A stretch of 64,000 bases of DNA from Eledone cirrhosa. Taxonomy: Eukaryota. The notes beneath the pieces are model-generated. The model did not search any database. It had not been told where the DNA came from and saw only the letters and a list, made by a program, of their open reading frames with translations. Position numbers and translations under genes: made by a program. Location of the stretch: the NCBI GenBank assembly GCA_964016885.1, contig OZ024740.1:385516001-385580000 (forward strand). The letters are read 5' to 3'. Below are positions 26,271 through 40,378 of this stretch, one piece after another; position 1 is the stretch's first letter, and every line of letters starts with the position of its first letter.

Positions 26271-29200
26271 CCATAGAGTACAGCTGAGATATACTGCCTA
26301 AACTGGGATGTAGAGACTGTCACACCCTCCTCTTCCTGTTATATCACTATTCCATTTTTTTTTGGAGATTTTTTATTGCAAATACTATATAATTTAATTA
26401 AAATTGTTAGAAAATGATGGTTGTATGGGAATAACTGGAAAGAAATAGGTTTGAGAATTTGTGGCAATGTGAGGAAGATTGGTAGATATAGTGATGGAAT
26501 TTAATTTTTGTGACAGGGGGGAAAAGATGGTTGTTTTTATCCAACACATGCCTGCATAGAAAAAAATAACAATTTTAAAGTGATGATGTTTAATGATTAC
26601 AAACACCCATAGTCTTCCCATCTCATAATTATGAGTTCAATCATCACTAATATTAATTTATCTGCCCATCTCTTACAGATTGATAAAATAAACACTTGGA
26701 AGTCTATTGAAGATTAAGTTTTATATAGTAATATGATTAGAAGCTTACAACATATTTAGTTTTTTCAATATTTTGACATCTAAATACTTCTTTTTGGAGA
26801 ATGTAATATAAGGAAGTCTTTAACTACTAAACAGACATACCAGCCTGGTGAAATTATCCAACATAATTTGATATAAGAACTATATGTTATGTTACAATCT
26901 CAGTAAAAACATAATTAATAATAATTTTAGTATATCCCTTGAAATTTTTAATTAATTAATTGAAATACTGTATTTTAATAGAAATATGGTTACAAAAGGG
27001 TTTCGGAAAGAAGGCATAGTTGATATGTTTCAGTGATAAGCTTAATAAAATAATTAGAAGTAATATGCTATGATTACAGACTTGAACATACACAAGCATG
27101 AGGTACTGTGCTATTTTTGATTTTATATATTAGTCAGAGTAAGTCAAGACCTTTGTAGACCCTCCTAATCTGAAGAAACTGTTCACCCTGAACATCTATA
27201 GTTCAATGTCTGCAGGAAACTGTTTGGGAGTAATGATGCAGGTTGAAATGCTTGCTGCATAGTGAATTCTCTTAAGGGAACTAGGCAGTAGATTTTTAAC
27301 CAGGCAGTGTGTTAGGCTTACTACCCAAAGATGTTAATTCTGTATTATCTTATATAATGTTCTATATCACAGCTGTGGGTGTTTTTCTTCTAAAATTTCC
27401 AATACTTTTTAAATAAAAAAAATAACCCAATTATAATATTACATTAAAAATGAAGCAGACATCTATTTGTTAGTAATTTCTTTTCAGTTTCAGTAGAAAC
27501 TGCTTATTGTGATTGCTTTAGGATGGTCAAAGCCTTTTAGATAACCATAACCAGGTGATAACATTAAACAAAGGATATAATAGTATCCTGTGTGTATTTG
27601 GGACCCATTACATTTGATAACATCCATTTTTATAATCAGCAGCTTCCACTTTATTTTTATTTTCTTTTAATTTCCCTTCATCATACTTATGAGTTCTTTA
27701 TACTGTTATCCAGCAGTTAAACTCACTGGTAGGCTGCTGTTTGATAGGTCATGTGATGCTAAAGTCACCTAGTATGATTTATTTTGGTATCTCATAAAAA
27801 TAAAATTAAAAAATCAACCAATTATATCTTTGATCACTGATGCTTTGTGTTCTGGAATTATGGTAGCTATAAAATTGTTTAATATGTTTCTCCACAACTT
27901 TATTCCTTACAGATTGGGCTAAAGTAACTAGTCTAGCTTTTAATGAGATAGAAAGGGCCAGAGAAAGGTACTTAGATTGATAGATACATAAAAAAGAGAG
28001 AGAGAGAGAAGACTGGCATCTCAATGACTTCATGTGAACAAAATAACATTTCTTTCCACTTTCAGGCTGTTGCTATTTAAACCTGGTCAATTAGTATATT
28101 TCTGGATTTAACAGCAAGAATTGACCAAGAAATAAACAAAATGTCTTTATTCTTCCTCTTAGTTCAACAAAAATGTCAGACTTCAACCTTCTACTCTGTT
28201 GTTCATGATAATATTTATGGGGCTAGAGAGATGATTAAAGCAATAAAGAAGTAAATTTAATGTATTTCTGAGTTCATACCTTACTCACTTTTGCTTTTCG
28301 TTCTTCTGTACCCAGCAATGGAGCTTCTGTATAGTTGCTCATTCTGCTTGAAATTAACAGCCAGATTCTCTAAAAAAAGGCATGGTGTATAATTGGTATT
28401 GGGTTATTTGTGCAAAGGAAAAACAAACAGAATGGTCACAACTAGAGAGCATTTCATCATAGGTCTGCTGGAGCAATAATATTCCAACATGTTCAATGAA
28501 ATGGCTTTCTGTAATATAATTTGTTCAATTCAATTAATCATACCTTCAAGATTTGTACGATATTTGTTTAAAAATATAATGTTATATACAAGTTCTGATG
28601 GCTGGTTTCATGTAGTAATTTTAAGTAAAATACTCTAGCTGGTTGTCAAATATTCACTGTGCACTCAAAACAATATTCTAGCTCAACAGTGTAAGCTAAT
28701 GAAATTCTCCTGAATTACAGTGTTCTTATTATTTACAGAAGAGACCTTTGGGAATTAAGAGACTTTGTTTAGAACATATTATAGTCCCTTTGAGTTGCAA
28801 CTTTCTCATTGATTACTTTGGGGAACTTTACAAAGCAAATGTCTACCCATATTAAATAGTCTTCCTAGCTCTAACTCTAACTTTTCTTTTGCTGGCTCAG
28901 TCAAAGGAAGAAAAACAATACCCATGATACTTTTTAAAGACCTCTGAGACTAGTGGGTGTGTGGGGAGAGAAACTTAACTAAAATGTTTGCAACAGTGTA
29001 TACTCCACTAAAAACACCAATGCACCAGGTACCAGAGTTAAAACAGGCAACAGATTAAGTCTGTCACTGAATAGAATTATATATTTACAAGCATTGCATT
29101 GGGCACAAAAGTGAAAAAAGCTACCTATGGAAGTCGAAAACTGTATCAAATCTATCTGCAGTATACTGGACAACTGTGCTTCTAAAGTGCTTCTAAATAT

Positions 29201-29740
29201 TCAGAGTTCATTTTACTATAGCATATATCATTCCCAGTATACACATTTATTCCCATATACACATGTATTCCCAGTATACACTTAACAACTTCTAATGTTT
29301 TGTTGTTTTTTTAATCTACGAGAAGCTGGGCTTTAAGTTTCATATAGCTATTTTGTATTTTTTTTTTTTGTTCCTTTGGTAAAACAATATTCATTTCAAT
29401 AAGTTGGTAAATTTTCTTGATAATATTATGAGAAAGTTCAAATTTCATATAAAATTTTAGGTTATGTTTGTCATTTTTTCTTTCTTTTCATGATAATATA
29501 GTCATACCTTTCCTGGTTTTTCACAAGAATCTTTTAATAACAAAAGCTGATAGATGTTTTATATAAATTGTCTATATTTTGCTAAGTGAACATCAGTTGC
29601 AGTGGAATATATTCTTTTATATATATTTTTTTATTTTGTATGCAACATTTTTATTCTTATAGGTCTATTTTCCAAAACCCTTGATGGGAATTTACTTTAA
29701 TGGCTTTGTTATTTCATTCTTGATAAGATATACTCACACA

Positions 29741-31353
29741 CATCATCATCATCTTCGTTTAACGTCCATCTTCGACGCTAGCATGGGTTAGATGGGAGTT
29801 GTCCCACTTGAGGCAAGGTTGGTCGGGTGACCGTGTCTCGCTCATATAGTACTATCTGGCAGGTTTTCTATGGCTGGATGCCCTTCCTAACACCAACCAC
29901 ATTTACAGTGTGGAACTGGGAACTTTTTACCATGTTACCTACACGGTCACATTACAGCGTGGAATGTGTGTTTTTTTGTCATGACACCTACACGATCTCG
30001 ATCTCATTATCTCATTTATTTGAACTGGATGTTGTGATACCAACTTTACAGAGAGTGGGTGTTGTTGGTGGGAGTGGGAGGATAGGGTAGTGGATTGGGG
30101 TGTATATTTTATTAAGAGGTGCCTACTGACTGGAGGTTTCACTTTGTACATAGGCAAGGCAGGTCTTCTGTATTACTGCATAGTGCCAAAGATCTCGGTC
30201 CAGTGACATTGTCTTAGAGAGGTGCAAGTGTGTAAGGTCGGAATTTATCAGATCGTCCCAGGTTTTTCTGGTTCTACCTACTCCGTAACCACCATTAATT
30301 TTGATCGCCCTGCACTTCTTTATACAGCTGTCATCTTTCATGCGCATCACGTGGCCATACCAACGTAGTCTTCTCTTGAGTAAACAGCATCTGATCCCTC
30401 TTTTTCCTAATTTTTCACTTAGTTTATTTATGCTTTGCAGTTCACGTATATTAATATTACACATCCAACGGAGCATGCATGCTTTGTTCTTTTCCAGTCT
30501 GCGGAGGTCCTCTGCACGTAATGCCCATGTCTCACTGCCATGTAGCATTGCTGTTCGTATTCAGGCATCATACAATCTGCCTTTCATTTTTAGAAAGAAA
30601 CCTTTTGTGGCCAACAGCTGTATAAGCTCTCTGAACTTTTTCCATCCCATTCTGACTCTGGCTACTGTACTTTCAGAACACCCTCCACCACTGCTGATTT
30701 CGTCACCCAGGTAACGGAAAGTGTCCACTATTTCTATAGAACCATCTGGGCAATAGAAGGAGCTAGTATCCTGTGGGCACTTGCTACTTATTGCACCTGA
30801 CCAACGGCCACATATAAAGTCTACGTTCTAAGATAGTTTACCTGTGATCCCATTACATCTTTTATGTACCCATACATTTGAGACATAAAATGGAATTTCT
30901 GCCTACTCCTTTCCTACACACTGAGCATGGCCATTTCCCTGGAGGCACTTGTGCCCTATTTTCCTTTCTACAAACTAGAACTTTAGTCTTAGACAAGTTA
31001 ACTTTAAGGCCTTTTGATTCTAGGCCATGCTTCCATGTTTGGAATTTCTTCTCTAGTTCAGCCATTGATTCAGCTGTGAGCGTTAGATCATCTGCGTATA
31101 GGAGTTCCCATAGGCAGCCGGTTTTGAACTCCTCTATTATAGCCTGAAGGGCAATAATAAGTAGGAGGGGGCTAAGGACAGAGCCTTGATGAACACCAAC
31201 TTTTACACTTAATTCTTCACAATATTCATTGTTAATTCTAACCTTACTGACTGTTTCTTTATACATAGCTTGTACAGCTGTCACAAGCCATTCATCTACA
31301 CCTAGTTTTCTAAGAGCCCATCAGATAATGGAGCGGGGGACTCTGTCAAAGGC
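29741..31353 (-). mobile_element. Second copy of the PHD-RTE LINE (5'-truncated, frameshifted)
   Basis: ORFs 30862..31284 and 30123..30548 closely match the 2414 ORF; same 3' UTR and (GAT)n tail. Confidence 0.93.
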
Positions 31354-31390
31354 TATATATATATGCATACATATAAATGCACACACACAC

Positions 31391-31950
31391 CTTGAGATCA
31401 ATCTCATCTTGTGGTGCAAGGAAAGGAAGGTGGTGAAGATGGTGGAGCTTACTGTCTTTTGGGAGGCAAACATCGATGATGTATTCAACTGGAAGGCCAG
31501 GTAATACAGTGAGACAGTTGAACTTTGTGAAACCTTTGGATGGGAGGCACCATGTTTGGCATCATGTTTCTCTGTAGATGTAGGTGTCAGAGGATTTGGC
31601 AAAACTATGGTTGATTCGTTCATCAGTGATCTTGGATTGGTGGAAAAGGAAACACCTTCCGAAGGCATTATCAAAGAGTTACAACATCTGGCTCAAAAGA
31701 GAAGATGAATGGTGTGTCTGACATATTGAGGTAGATTGAGACATCTCACTCTACCAGACACATTGAATTTCTGGCATTTTGAGTCACATCATCAGACTCA
31801 CTTAAAATCGTGCTGTTGTGCAGGAGTTTCATCATCTACATTAGTGGGTGGCCTGAAATAGCTCTAGTGTATTGGTGGAATGGGCTGAAACATCACTCTG
31901 ATGAGACACCAACTTCTGCATTCAGAGATGGAATACTGCAGTATCCTTAG
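31391..31950 (+). mobile_element. HERO-like (REL-endonuclease) non-LTR 3' fragment
   Basis: LILWCKERKVVKMVELTVFWEANIDD...K..*YSE....C...GW...F.VDVGVRGF...IWLKR resembles the ELTVPWE..VEVGCRGF REL domain. The 3' boundary is approximate. Confidence 0.7.
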
Positions 31951-32060
31951 CATAGATCTGAATCTAGTAAGTATACATGCATGCATACATATATGCATAT
32001 GTATATAAATAGGGAGACACAAAGCAGGCTTTGTTTAGAAACAGCTAGCGAATTTGAAAG

Positions 32061-32368
32061 TTAGGTAGTAACATGTGCTTACGCCATATTTGACTAAATA
32101 AAATTACTCTGTTAGTTGTGATTTTGAAAAACCCTCTGAATGGAAAAAAGAATGAGTATTGACATACATGGGCTATGAACCCACATCTCTGGTTTGCCAG
32201 ACCAATGTGTAATGGTAACACATTGGTCCGGCAAACCGGAGATGTGGATTCGTGTCCCATGTAAGTCAATACTTATCCTTTTTTTCCATTCAGAGGGTTT
32301 TTCAAAATCCCAACTAACAGACTAATTTTATTTAGTCAAATACAGCTTAAGCACATGTTACTACCTAA
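32061..32368. repeat. 150-bp-arm fold-back palindrome centred on a tRNA-like D-arm
   Basis: 32061..32210 pairs with 32218..32368 around a 7-nt loop. The centre reads GTGT-AATGGTA-ACAC, then TCCGG-CAAA-CCGGA and B-box-like GGATTCGTGTCC. Confidence 0.9.
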
Positions 32369-32384
32369 TATATGCATACATTTA

Positions 32385-32692
32385 AAGACCCTCTTCAGTT
32401 ACAAATGATCATGGGATTTGCACCTAGAAAGTTCTCCCTCTGAGATCCAAGTCCAGGCAAGATGTAGATGTTGAAGTCCAGCAGTCGCCTATGCATCCGA
32501 TCTCTCTTCTCCATGTCATCGATGTTGTCCAAGGTGAAGGCAAAGGCTGATAAAGCTTGGCACCAGTAACGTGGTAACTCATTTCTACAGCTGAGTGAAC
32601 TGCAGCAACATGAAATAAAGTCTCTTGCTCAAGGACAGGACACAACACAACACACTGGCCAGTCCAGGAATCAAACTCCCAACTTCATGATA
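32385..32692 (-). mobile_element. tRNA-derived CORE-type SINE (5' end eroded)
   Basis: Minus strand GAGTTTGATTCCTGGAC...GTCCTTGAGCAAGAGACTTTATTTCATGTTGCT, shared with 39878..40085. Confidence 0.75.
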
Positions 32693-34479
32693 TGGAAAAC
32701 CTAATGCTCTATCCATGTACCTTCACATACATAAATACGTACGTAGATAGATAAATACGTGTGTAGATAGATATTGCTTGAATTGTTAATTGTTTTAACT
32801 TTCTCAAACTTCTTTATTATTTGAGATTTTGCTTTTATTCTGGTGTAGATTTTCGTTTTTTTTCTTTTCTGTAACTCATGTTCTCTCACTTGTTTTGCTT
32901 TTGTAGAGTATACTTTTCTTCAATTATTAGTGTTCCTTTGTTTCAGAGTTCAATATCAGTAGTACCTTTTTTCTTCCAGTTATTATTATTTTGTTTTGTA
33001 CATCAATCAATGATTTGTCCTCTGTACACTTTATACTGTGCATTTACATTTTCTTTAATCTCTTTTGCCCAATATTATATTTTCATGTTTAACAATGTCC
33101 TGCTGTTTTGTGGTAGATCAAGAATAACTTCCTATTCTACTTTGTATGGTTTTACTTTACTCTTCATATAGTTGAAAATCATAACTTCTCAGTGATTATA
33201 CTGATTTCTATAAATATCATTTTATTGATATTAGTTACTGCTGGTACTGATATTATAGGGTTTATCTTCTATAATCTGTATTGTTCAATCGAGACATACC
33301 TTGTAACAGACACTAACATTTTTCCAAGTCTCTTTTTATTTTTTACATTTTCTTTCGTTTTTGCCAACTCATTGTTATTCATTTAATTCGTTTAATGTTT
33401 TCTAATGTTCTGCAGTCACATTTTGACGTCATCATCATCAACATCATCAACATCATCACTACCACAACCATCATCAACATGGAAGTGACTTTGCAGAATT
33501 GTTAGAGCGTCTTGGGTTATTTGTTCAGTCTCTGTATATCTTGAGTTCAAATCCTGCCTATCATCTTTCTAGAATCAATAAAATATTACTGGGATTAATT
33601 TAATTGATTTAATTGACTTAATCCTTCCTTTTGTCCTTGTATCTATATTTTAAACAATTAACATCAGCTACAGCATTATTTGTTGTAGTAACAGTTTTAG
33701 GATGCTGAAGATAACCAAGTGAAAGTCTTGGATAAATGTTTTGCAGCACCAAGATCCATTATTCTGATTCCAAATTAAAATCTTGTTTCTTTCAATGTCT
33801 TTGCAGTAATAAAATAAATGCCAGGGATATATGGAGGTTAATTTAGTCAACTGCATTCCTTTTATTATGAAAATAATTGGCTTTGTGCATAGTAAAATGA
33901 CAATTTTATAAGTGAAATGAGAAGTTGAACTACAATTTCATTTCTCAATCTCTAAAATAATTTCTGTATTGTTATCTTTTTTGTAATCAATACAAAAAGG
34001 AAATACACTTGACTTTTAAAATCATTTCTGTGTACTTTTTGTGCATAGATTCCTACAACAGAGATAATTGTGGATCATTCCTATTAAAAGTTTGTACTTG
34101 CAGATGATATTTGCTGATTAGATAAAAATTTAAAAAAGAAATGCATTAAAGCTATATTTTAAGAAATGGGTTTTAATTAATTTTTCCATGTTTTATTTCT
34201 AAAGTGTAGTAGTGTTTCAGTGCTTGATGATGGTTAACTCCTTGTCTGTAAGCCATGTTATGTTGTTAGACCATACCATAGAAGAAAAAAACATGTTTCT
34301 CCAGGACTTTATTCTTAAGGAAATACTTTATATTAATTACCTTTCTCCACTTATATTGTTATTAAGTACTGTTCAAATTTCACAGAAGAATATTTAATTT
34401 TAAGAATAACTAATTCATAAATATTTGATTTGAGATTTAGTAATTCCATTCAATTATTTAATTACTCATATTTATTCAA

Positions 34480-35350
34480 TTTTTGTTGACATAGGGTAAT
34501 GAAAATACTCTATAGATATTGGCATGTAATATTCCCTCTAATTTTTCACAACCACTGAATAGAATGTTTGATACTTCAAATATAAAACAAAATGTAATCA
34601 AAGCTACTGCACTGCAACATTTTGATGTGCATAGCACCAATACAGAGACTCTGCAGCCACACAGTTGAGTGAGAATGTTGCTGGCAGAGTAAAGTCTTTG
34701 ATCTGTGCTAGTGAAAGAGTTAAGATAGGAGGGGCATCTAGCCATAAATTTATTACCAAAAACCTTGGATGAAACATTATAGCCTGAAACATCACCTAAT
34801 ACATTAATGGAGTCAGTGTGGTAGTGTTCCAGCCCATACTACCATGGAAAAATGGGTAATAAAACCGATGATGAATGTTTGGGTCAGGTTTAAAGAGTTG
34901 ATTAGTTTATTGAACCAATCTAGAAAATGTTCCTTGGAACATTATCTTTATTCAACCATACCTTTATTGTTTATCAATATATTTCAATTAATATTATTTA
35001 TCACAAGTGAGACAATGTTAATGGCCTGACATTTCCTGAAGTGATCCATCCATCAATTAAGTCCTTCCTGTTGTAACTGTTTCAATGACACACATCAAAG
35101 ACTTTACTATGCCAGCATCTGTTGAGTAACTCTCTTATGAATCTTAAGGCCTTCATTACTCCATGTTAACTAAAGTTTTATGAATATTCATTGTCATTCC
35201 TAGCACTGCTCATGGGAAGACATTTGCTTAGCTCAATATTACATGACAGTCATCAATTAGATAAATGATATAATGCTCTTCTGTGTTGTTGTTGTACTTC
35301 TACATGTTACTTACTAATAGCTAGGTATTGAAGTTCAGCAAGAGTCATAT
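34480..35350 (-). mobile_element. Very decayed CR1/L2-like LINE remnant
   Basis: Minus-strand LWLDAPP...LSL...AHQNVAV resembles the CR1 C-terminal W..AP...HRRNVA region. Confidence 0.35.
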
Positions 35351-35476
35351 GCCATAACAATTGATGCAATATATTACTGTAGCAGAGCTGTCAGAGTTTA
35401 TTTTGTAACCAAAGTTTGCTAAAACACACAAATGAATCAAATTTTAAATATCAATATAAACACAGTATAAAACATC

Positions 35477-35720
35477 TTAAACCTTCTTGATATCAAAAGC
35501 ACCCCTGGTTCTGTGATATAATGCTATAAATTTTAATGTATTTATAGATATTTAAAAATCTTCCATGATAATTTTATGTAAGAACTTTTTTAAGTTATGT
35601 TCCAAACACAATAATGAGAAAGTTAGTTATATTATTAAATAACTCCAAATTCTTGATTATTTTCAAAATCATTTGAAACAGTTGGTAGTGTCTTGCATGA
35701 GAAATATGGTAATAAAAGGG
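35477..35720 (+). mobile_element. TTAA MITE copy
   Basis: Same internal motifs as the 23423 and 36594 copies; ends atatggtaataaaaggg. Confidence 0.6.
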
Positions 35721-36593
35721 AGAGAAGAATGCATTGAACTTACATTATATTTTATTGAAAGTGAATTTTTTTATCTACCGCCTCATTACTATACCAATTT
35801 TTGTCTGGCATTCTTTTACAAAGCTATTGTGATGAATTCCCTTCATCCAGTTAGTCTCGAAAAAAAGACTTAGATTTTATGAACACTGAGGTGTAAATGT
35901 AATTTTAATTTTAATGTTGAGCGGCTATTGAAGAATGATTCAATCGAAAAAAGGTTAATCATACACTTTACTATTAAGTGAAGTGATATTTGTCCCCACG
36001 TTTTTTTTTTTGAGATATGCTCTACCAAAATTATTTGAGTATATTTTCTGCATTAGGAAGTTTATCTTGTGGTATCAATTCTCTCCATTTTTTATTAATG
36101 TATTCATAATGTTCTACATGGACTAGAATGAAAAATTTCATAACTAATCGAATAATTGATTTTGGCATTTCTTCAATAATATAGTTTGGCTACAATGCTT
36201 CAAGCACCTCAGATTTTACAAACAGTTCATGAGATAAAATGTACTGAAAATCTGCTTGCAAAGCAAACAGAAATTTAAAATATTTACTTGAAATCCTTGC
36301 AGTTCTTTTGGGTAAAATTTTTGTTGAATTATCACAACACATCTTTCTACAGTGACACCACAATAAATGTCAATGAGTTATATTGAAGAATCATTCTACT
36401 GACATCAGTAGGTTTCAAACTGTCTCAGATAAAATTATTAAGAATCTCTTTGACACTAGTATTAAGAAAATTCTTTAACTTATGATTTCAAAATGTTTCT
36501 GCTTGAAACTCCAAATAAGAATATTAATGTCAAACAATAAGCTAAGAAATAAAATACATTTTGTAACAAGATGTTGTAATGACTATAAAATAG

Positions 36594-36830
36594 TTAACCA
36601 TTTTGATACCAGCCTGCCCAAAACCACCCCTGGTTATATGAAATATAACCACCATTTTAAAGCATTTCTACTTTAATGAAAATCTTCCAACACAATTTAA
36701 TATAAGAACCTTTTGTTATCTTACAATCATAATAATGAAATAATTAATAATCTTAGTAAATCCATCTAAATTCTTTATAAATTAACTGAAATACAGTATT
36801 TCATTAAAACTGTGGCTATGAAAGGGTTAA
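36594..36830 (+). mobile_element. TTAA MITE copy
   Basis: TTAACCATTTTGATACC ... GAAAGGGTTAA. Confidence 0.7.
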
Positions 36831-38174
36831 AGCCACAGGAATACAATCAATTAAGGCAGCAAATGTAAAAAATAACAAACATACTGGTTTTTCTTCTAAA
36901 ATTCTTTTCACTAATCACTCAAGAGACAGTCTCATTTTGTGCAGTTCATGTGGAGAATGTTTTGAGGTATTTGTGAATTTTAGAAATACTTTATATTCAT
37001 TTAGGCACTTAAGAAAATTACTCAAATATGAAAAAGAATATTTTTGACAATTTCTATCAAATCATATGATAGTTCAGTGATTGTCTGAAAGTATACAAGT
37101 GCACTCAATGGCAAACAAAGCTATATGAAGACTGAGGATTTTTCTACTTCAAGAGATGTTGAATTCTTCATTTGCTTCTCATCATAACACTAGCATTATT
37201 AATGGAAAATCATACCAGGAGATTTCATGATTGTTAAAAACAAGTGTCCATATAATTTTAGATTAAAAACACAATTGCTCCAAGAGCAGTTTTGTTTTTA
37301 ATTTCCAAAGCTGTTAGATGATGATGAGGAAGAGGAGGATGATGATGATAGATATTTATTTGTCCTTTTTCTTAAAATTTTACTATTATAATATTTTGCT
37401 TCAAAGACAAACTACTTGAGAGTAGAAATATTTGTTGTCTTAATAATTGATATAACAAAAATGTCACCTTCAACAGATACAAGGTTATTAAAGTTATATT
37501 CAACGATCAATAGGAAATACATAGATTCCTTGGGTTATAGCTCACTTAATAACCCTTTCAATGTTCAAATCTGGACAAATATTAAGAGTAAGGCCAAGTA
37601 AAGGATCTGCAATGAAGAGCAATTTAGAAATTGTTTTCTGCAATACATCCAGAATTTCGCCAACAGAGGACTCATCAGTTACTATCTGTGTTGAATGATT
37701 AGTGGAGTTATATTTTATAGAATCATTTACTTTTAGTGTGAGTTTTGCCAATTATAGATGTGCATTTTTTAAAATTATTTTCTGTCTTTTCATGTTTTTA
37801 AACTTGACTTCAACTACCACCAATTTTGCAGTTGCAAATTTACTTGAATTATTTTTACTGGCAACAGACCAGACAGAAATGTGTCATATATCAACAACTT
37901 GGATGCCACTTTTTTTTTTATTATTGGCTTTTGGTTCTTTTCATTAGGAGTGTTTTACGTCACTAAGCAAATATCTATGATTTTCTATTCATTCACAATG
38001 GATTCACAAAAACAACTTCAAACCACAAAATTTTCATAAAACACTTTAAAAAAAGTAAATGAACTGTGCTACACTGCATAGACTGCAATTAAAAGTGCTG
38101 TGATCGCATGAATTACTTTTTCTGGGAATATTAGGACAACATGACCCTCCCCACAAAAAAAGTGTGAATAAAAG

Positions 38175-38440
38175 GAATCAGTTGTTGTTTGCAAGCAAGA
38201 AGACTGTCAGAATGGATGATGGTCACTGAATGAAGAAGTGCGAGGATATGTCAGAGGATGGAACCTGCAGTAAGACTGAGAGAAACTTGGGCCAAGGTGA
38301 TTAGAGCTGATCTCAAAATGTTGAAACTCACTGCGAAAATGATAAGATAACACTATGAGTGGAGGAAGCCTGTGATGGAAAAGACCCATCCAACCCATGC
38401 AAGCATAGAGAAGCAGATGTGAAATGATGATCATGATGGT
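38175..38440 (+). mobile_element. RTE 3' fragment with tail
   Basis: Decayed C-terminal coding sequence followed by ccaacccatgcaagcatagagaagcagatgtgaaatgatgat. Confidence 0.65.
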
Positions 38441-38614
38441 TGTTGATGTAGGGATTAGCCAGTAGGTGCTGACTTTTGGTCAGTATTAGTGAAACCTTTT
38501 CATTGTATGAAAGGCTGATAGCTATGGGCTTCATTGTCTATATAGCATAACATAATATTATGACAATTTTCATTTGGGTTAACAACCATTATGAAAGCAA
38601 ATATATAGAAATAA

Positions 38615-38771
38615 ATAATTATTTCTACTTTAGGCACAAGGCCAGCAATTACCCAGTACATTACTGGATGAAAGGCAAAATCAACCTCGGCGGGATTTGA
38701 ACTCAGATTGTAAAGGGACGTAACTATGCTGGAAAGCATGGCGTCCAACCCTCCACCGATACTGCCAATCC
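38615..38771 (-). mobile_element. tRNA-derived SINE (internally deleted)
   Basis: Family head and tail present; central block shortened. Confidence 0.85.
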
Positions 38772-38815
38772 AATAAATAATGACCAAGAATACTGTGTAT
38801 GTTAGTGTGTATGTG

Positions 38816-38856
<41 letters not shown>

Positions 38857-39445
38857 CATCAATATCATAATCATCACTTAAAGTCTGTTTCTCCATTTCA
38901 CCATCGAAATGGTTTTAACCGTGACCACAACACTTATGTGTTGTATAATAATAATATATATACATGTATGTGTGTGCATTCCTGCATATGCTTATTTTTC
39001 TGTATGCATGATTTCATGTATGCATATATGTGGGAGTATATGTGTGTAAAGACTAAGGAATTTACTGCAATATCACTGATCAGTATATTGTTTGATAAGA
39101 AAATGACTGTATCTGAAAGGAAATTTTGATAATTCTGTCAATTAATAACATCAGTGTCATCACGAGGTTGATTGCATTTAATCTAGCTCAATCTATGACC
39201 TAACATTGTTATTATATCTCTGCTATTGTCATTTGTTTATTAGTGTTCTCATAATTACTTTATACATACTGATAATATCTAAATCTGTCATTATATATAG
39301 CCTTGTCTCTTTTATAGATAACTCTTTATTTAGCTCTATTATCTCTGTTTATCATTTCTATCTATATCTCCCAACCTTCAAAGAGAAGAGGTTGCTTGCC
39401 AATTTGTAATTTATGAGAAATCAGTCTCTCTCTCTCTCTCTCTCT

Positions 39446-39490
<45 letters not shown>

Positions 39491-39654
39491 CTAGCTTGGA
39501 AAAATGGACAATGATGATATACACACATGCATATATATATATATATAGTAATAATAAATTTGAAGACTAAAATCCAAAGAGGGCTCGATAAGGATAAATA
39601 TATATGAAATATATAAGAACCGTAGAGCAAATATTTATTAAAATAACAGATTAA

Positions 39655-39706
39655 AGTTTTACGCAAAGAATCACTGCTTTCACCCTTAACGGGATCTTCT
39701 GAAACT
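39655..39706 (-). ncRNA. Variant type I hammerhead-ribozyme-like motif
   Basis: Minus strand AGTTT-CAGAAGA-TCCC-GTTAA-GGGT-GAAA-GCA(gtgattctt)TGC-GTA-AAACT: stems I-III present, core CAGAAGA instead of CUGANGA, AATAAA downstream. Confidence 0.5.
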
Positions 39707-39727
39707 AAGTTAGTTTCAGAAGATCCC
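39691..39727. repeat. Perfect 18-bp-arm palindrome overlapping the hammerhead-like motif
   Basis: gggatcttctgaaactaa-g-ttagtttcagaagatccc. Confidence 0.95.
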
Positions 39728-39794
39728 TTGCCACACATATCGGACGTTGATTTTCGTTAATTCCTGAGCTGAAAACGATTCTCGCTAATTTATA

Positions 39795-39838
<44 letters not shown>

Positions 39839-39877
39839 CACATACACATACGTGCACATATATTCATATATATATGT

Positions 39878-40085
39878 GAAGGCGCGTGGCTGAGGGGTTA
39901 GAGAATTGGATTCGCAATCTTGAGGTTGTGAGTTCGATTCCTGGACCGGGCGATGCGTTATGTCCTTGAGCGAGACACTTTATTTCACGTTGCTCCTTCT
40001 ACCTGGAGTTGCGACCGATAGATAGTATTAGCAACTGGAAAGACCGATCGAAACATTGCTTCCTCGGTCCAATTTGATGAAAAAA
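39878..40085 (+). mobile_element. tRNA-derived CORE-type SINE
   Basis: A box GTGGCTGAGGGG, B box GAGTTCGATTCC, CORE-like GTCCTTGAGCGAGACACTT; CpG-rich and inserted in a TA tract. Confidence 0.8.
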
Positions 40086-40318
40086 ATATATATTTATATA
40101 TATACAAACACAGACACATGCACAAATATGTAGTGTATGTTTTTTCTAAAACAGTTTTCTTTGTTTTCTTTATTTAAAATATATAATTCTTTCTAATGAC
40201 TTACTTTTTAGTTATATAACATAGCTTATTGCTGTAAGTATCATTAACTTAATTAATAAAACTTCTTTGCTCCAGGAATCATCTTTACATATAGTTCATA
40301 GTTGTACCATGCAGCACT

Positions 40319-40378
<60 letters not shown>

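Noticed and set aside
37416-37947. Host exon or hAT transposase remnant
   Set aside because: The minus-strand ORF has a donor-like site but no acceptor, and the hAT resemblance is too faint to support.
39878-39950. tRNA gene
   Set aside because: The tRNA-like head runs into a CORE-like SINE body with no convincing acceptor stem; the same applies to the other SINE heads.
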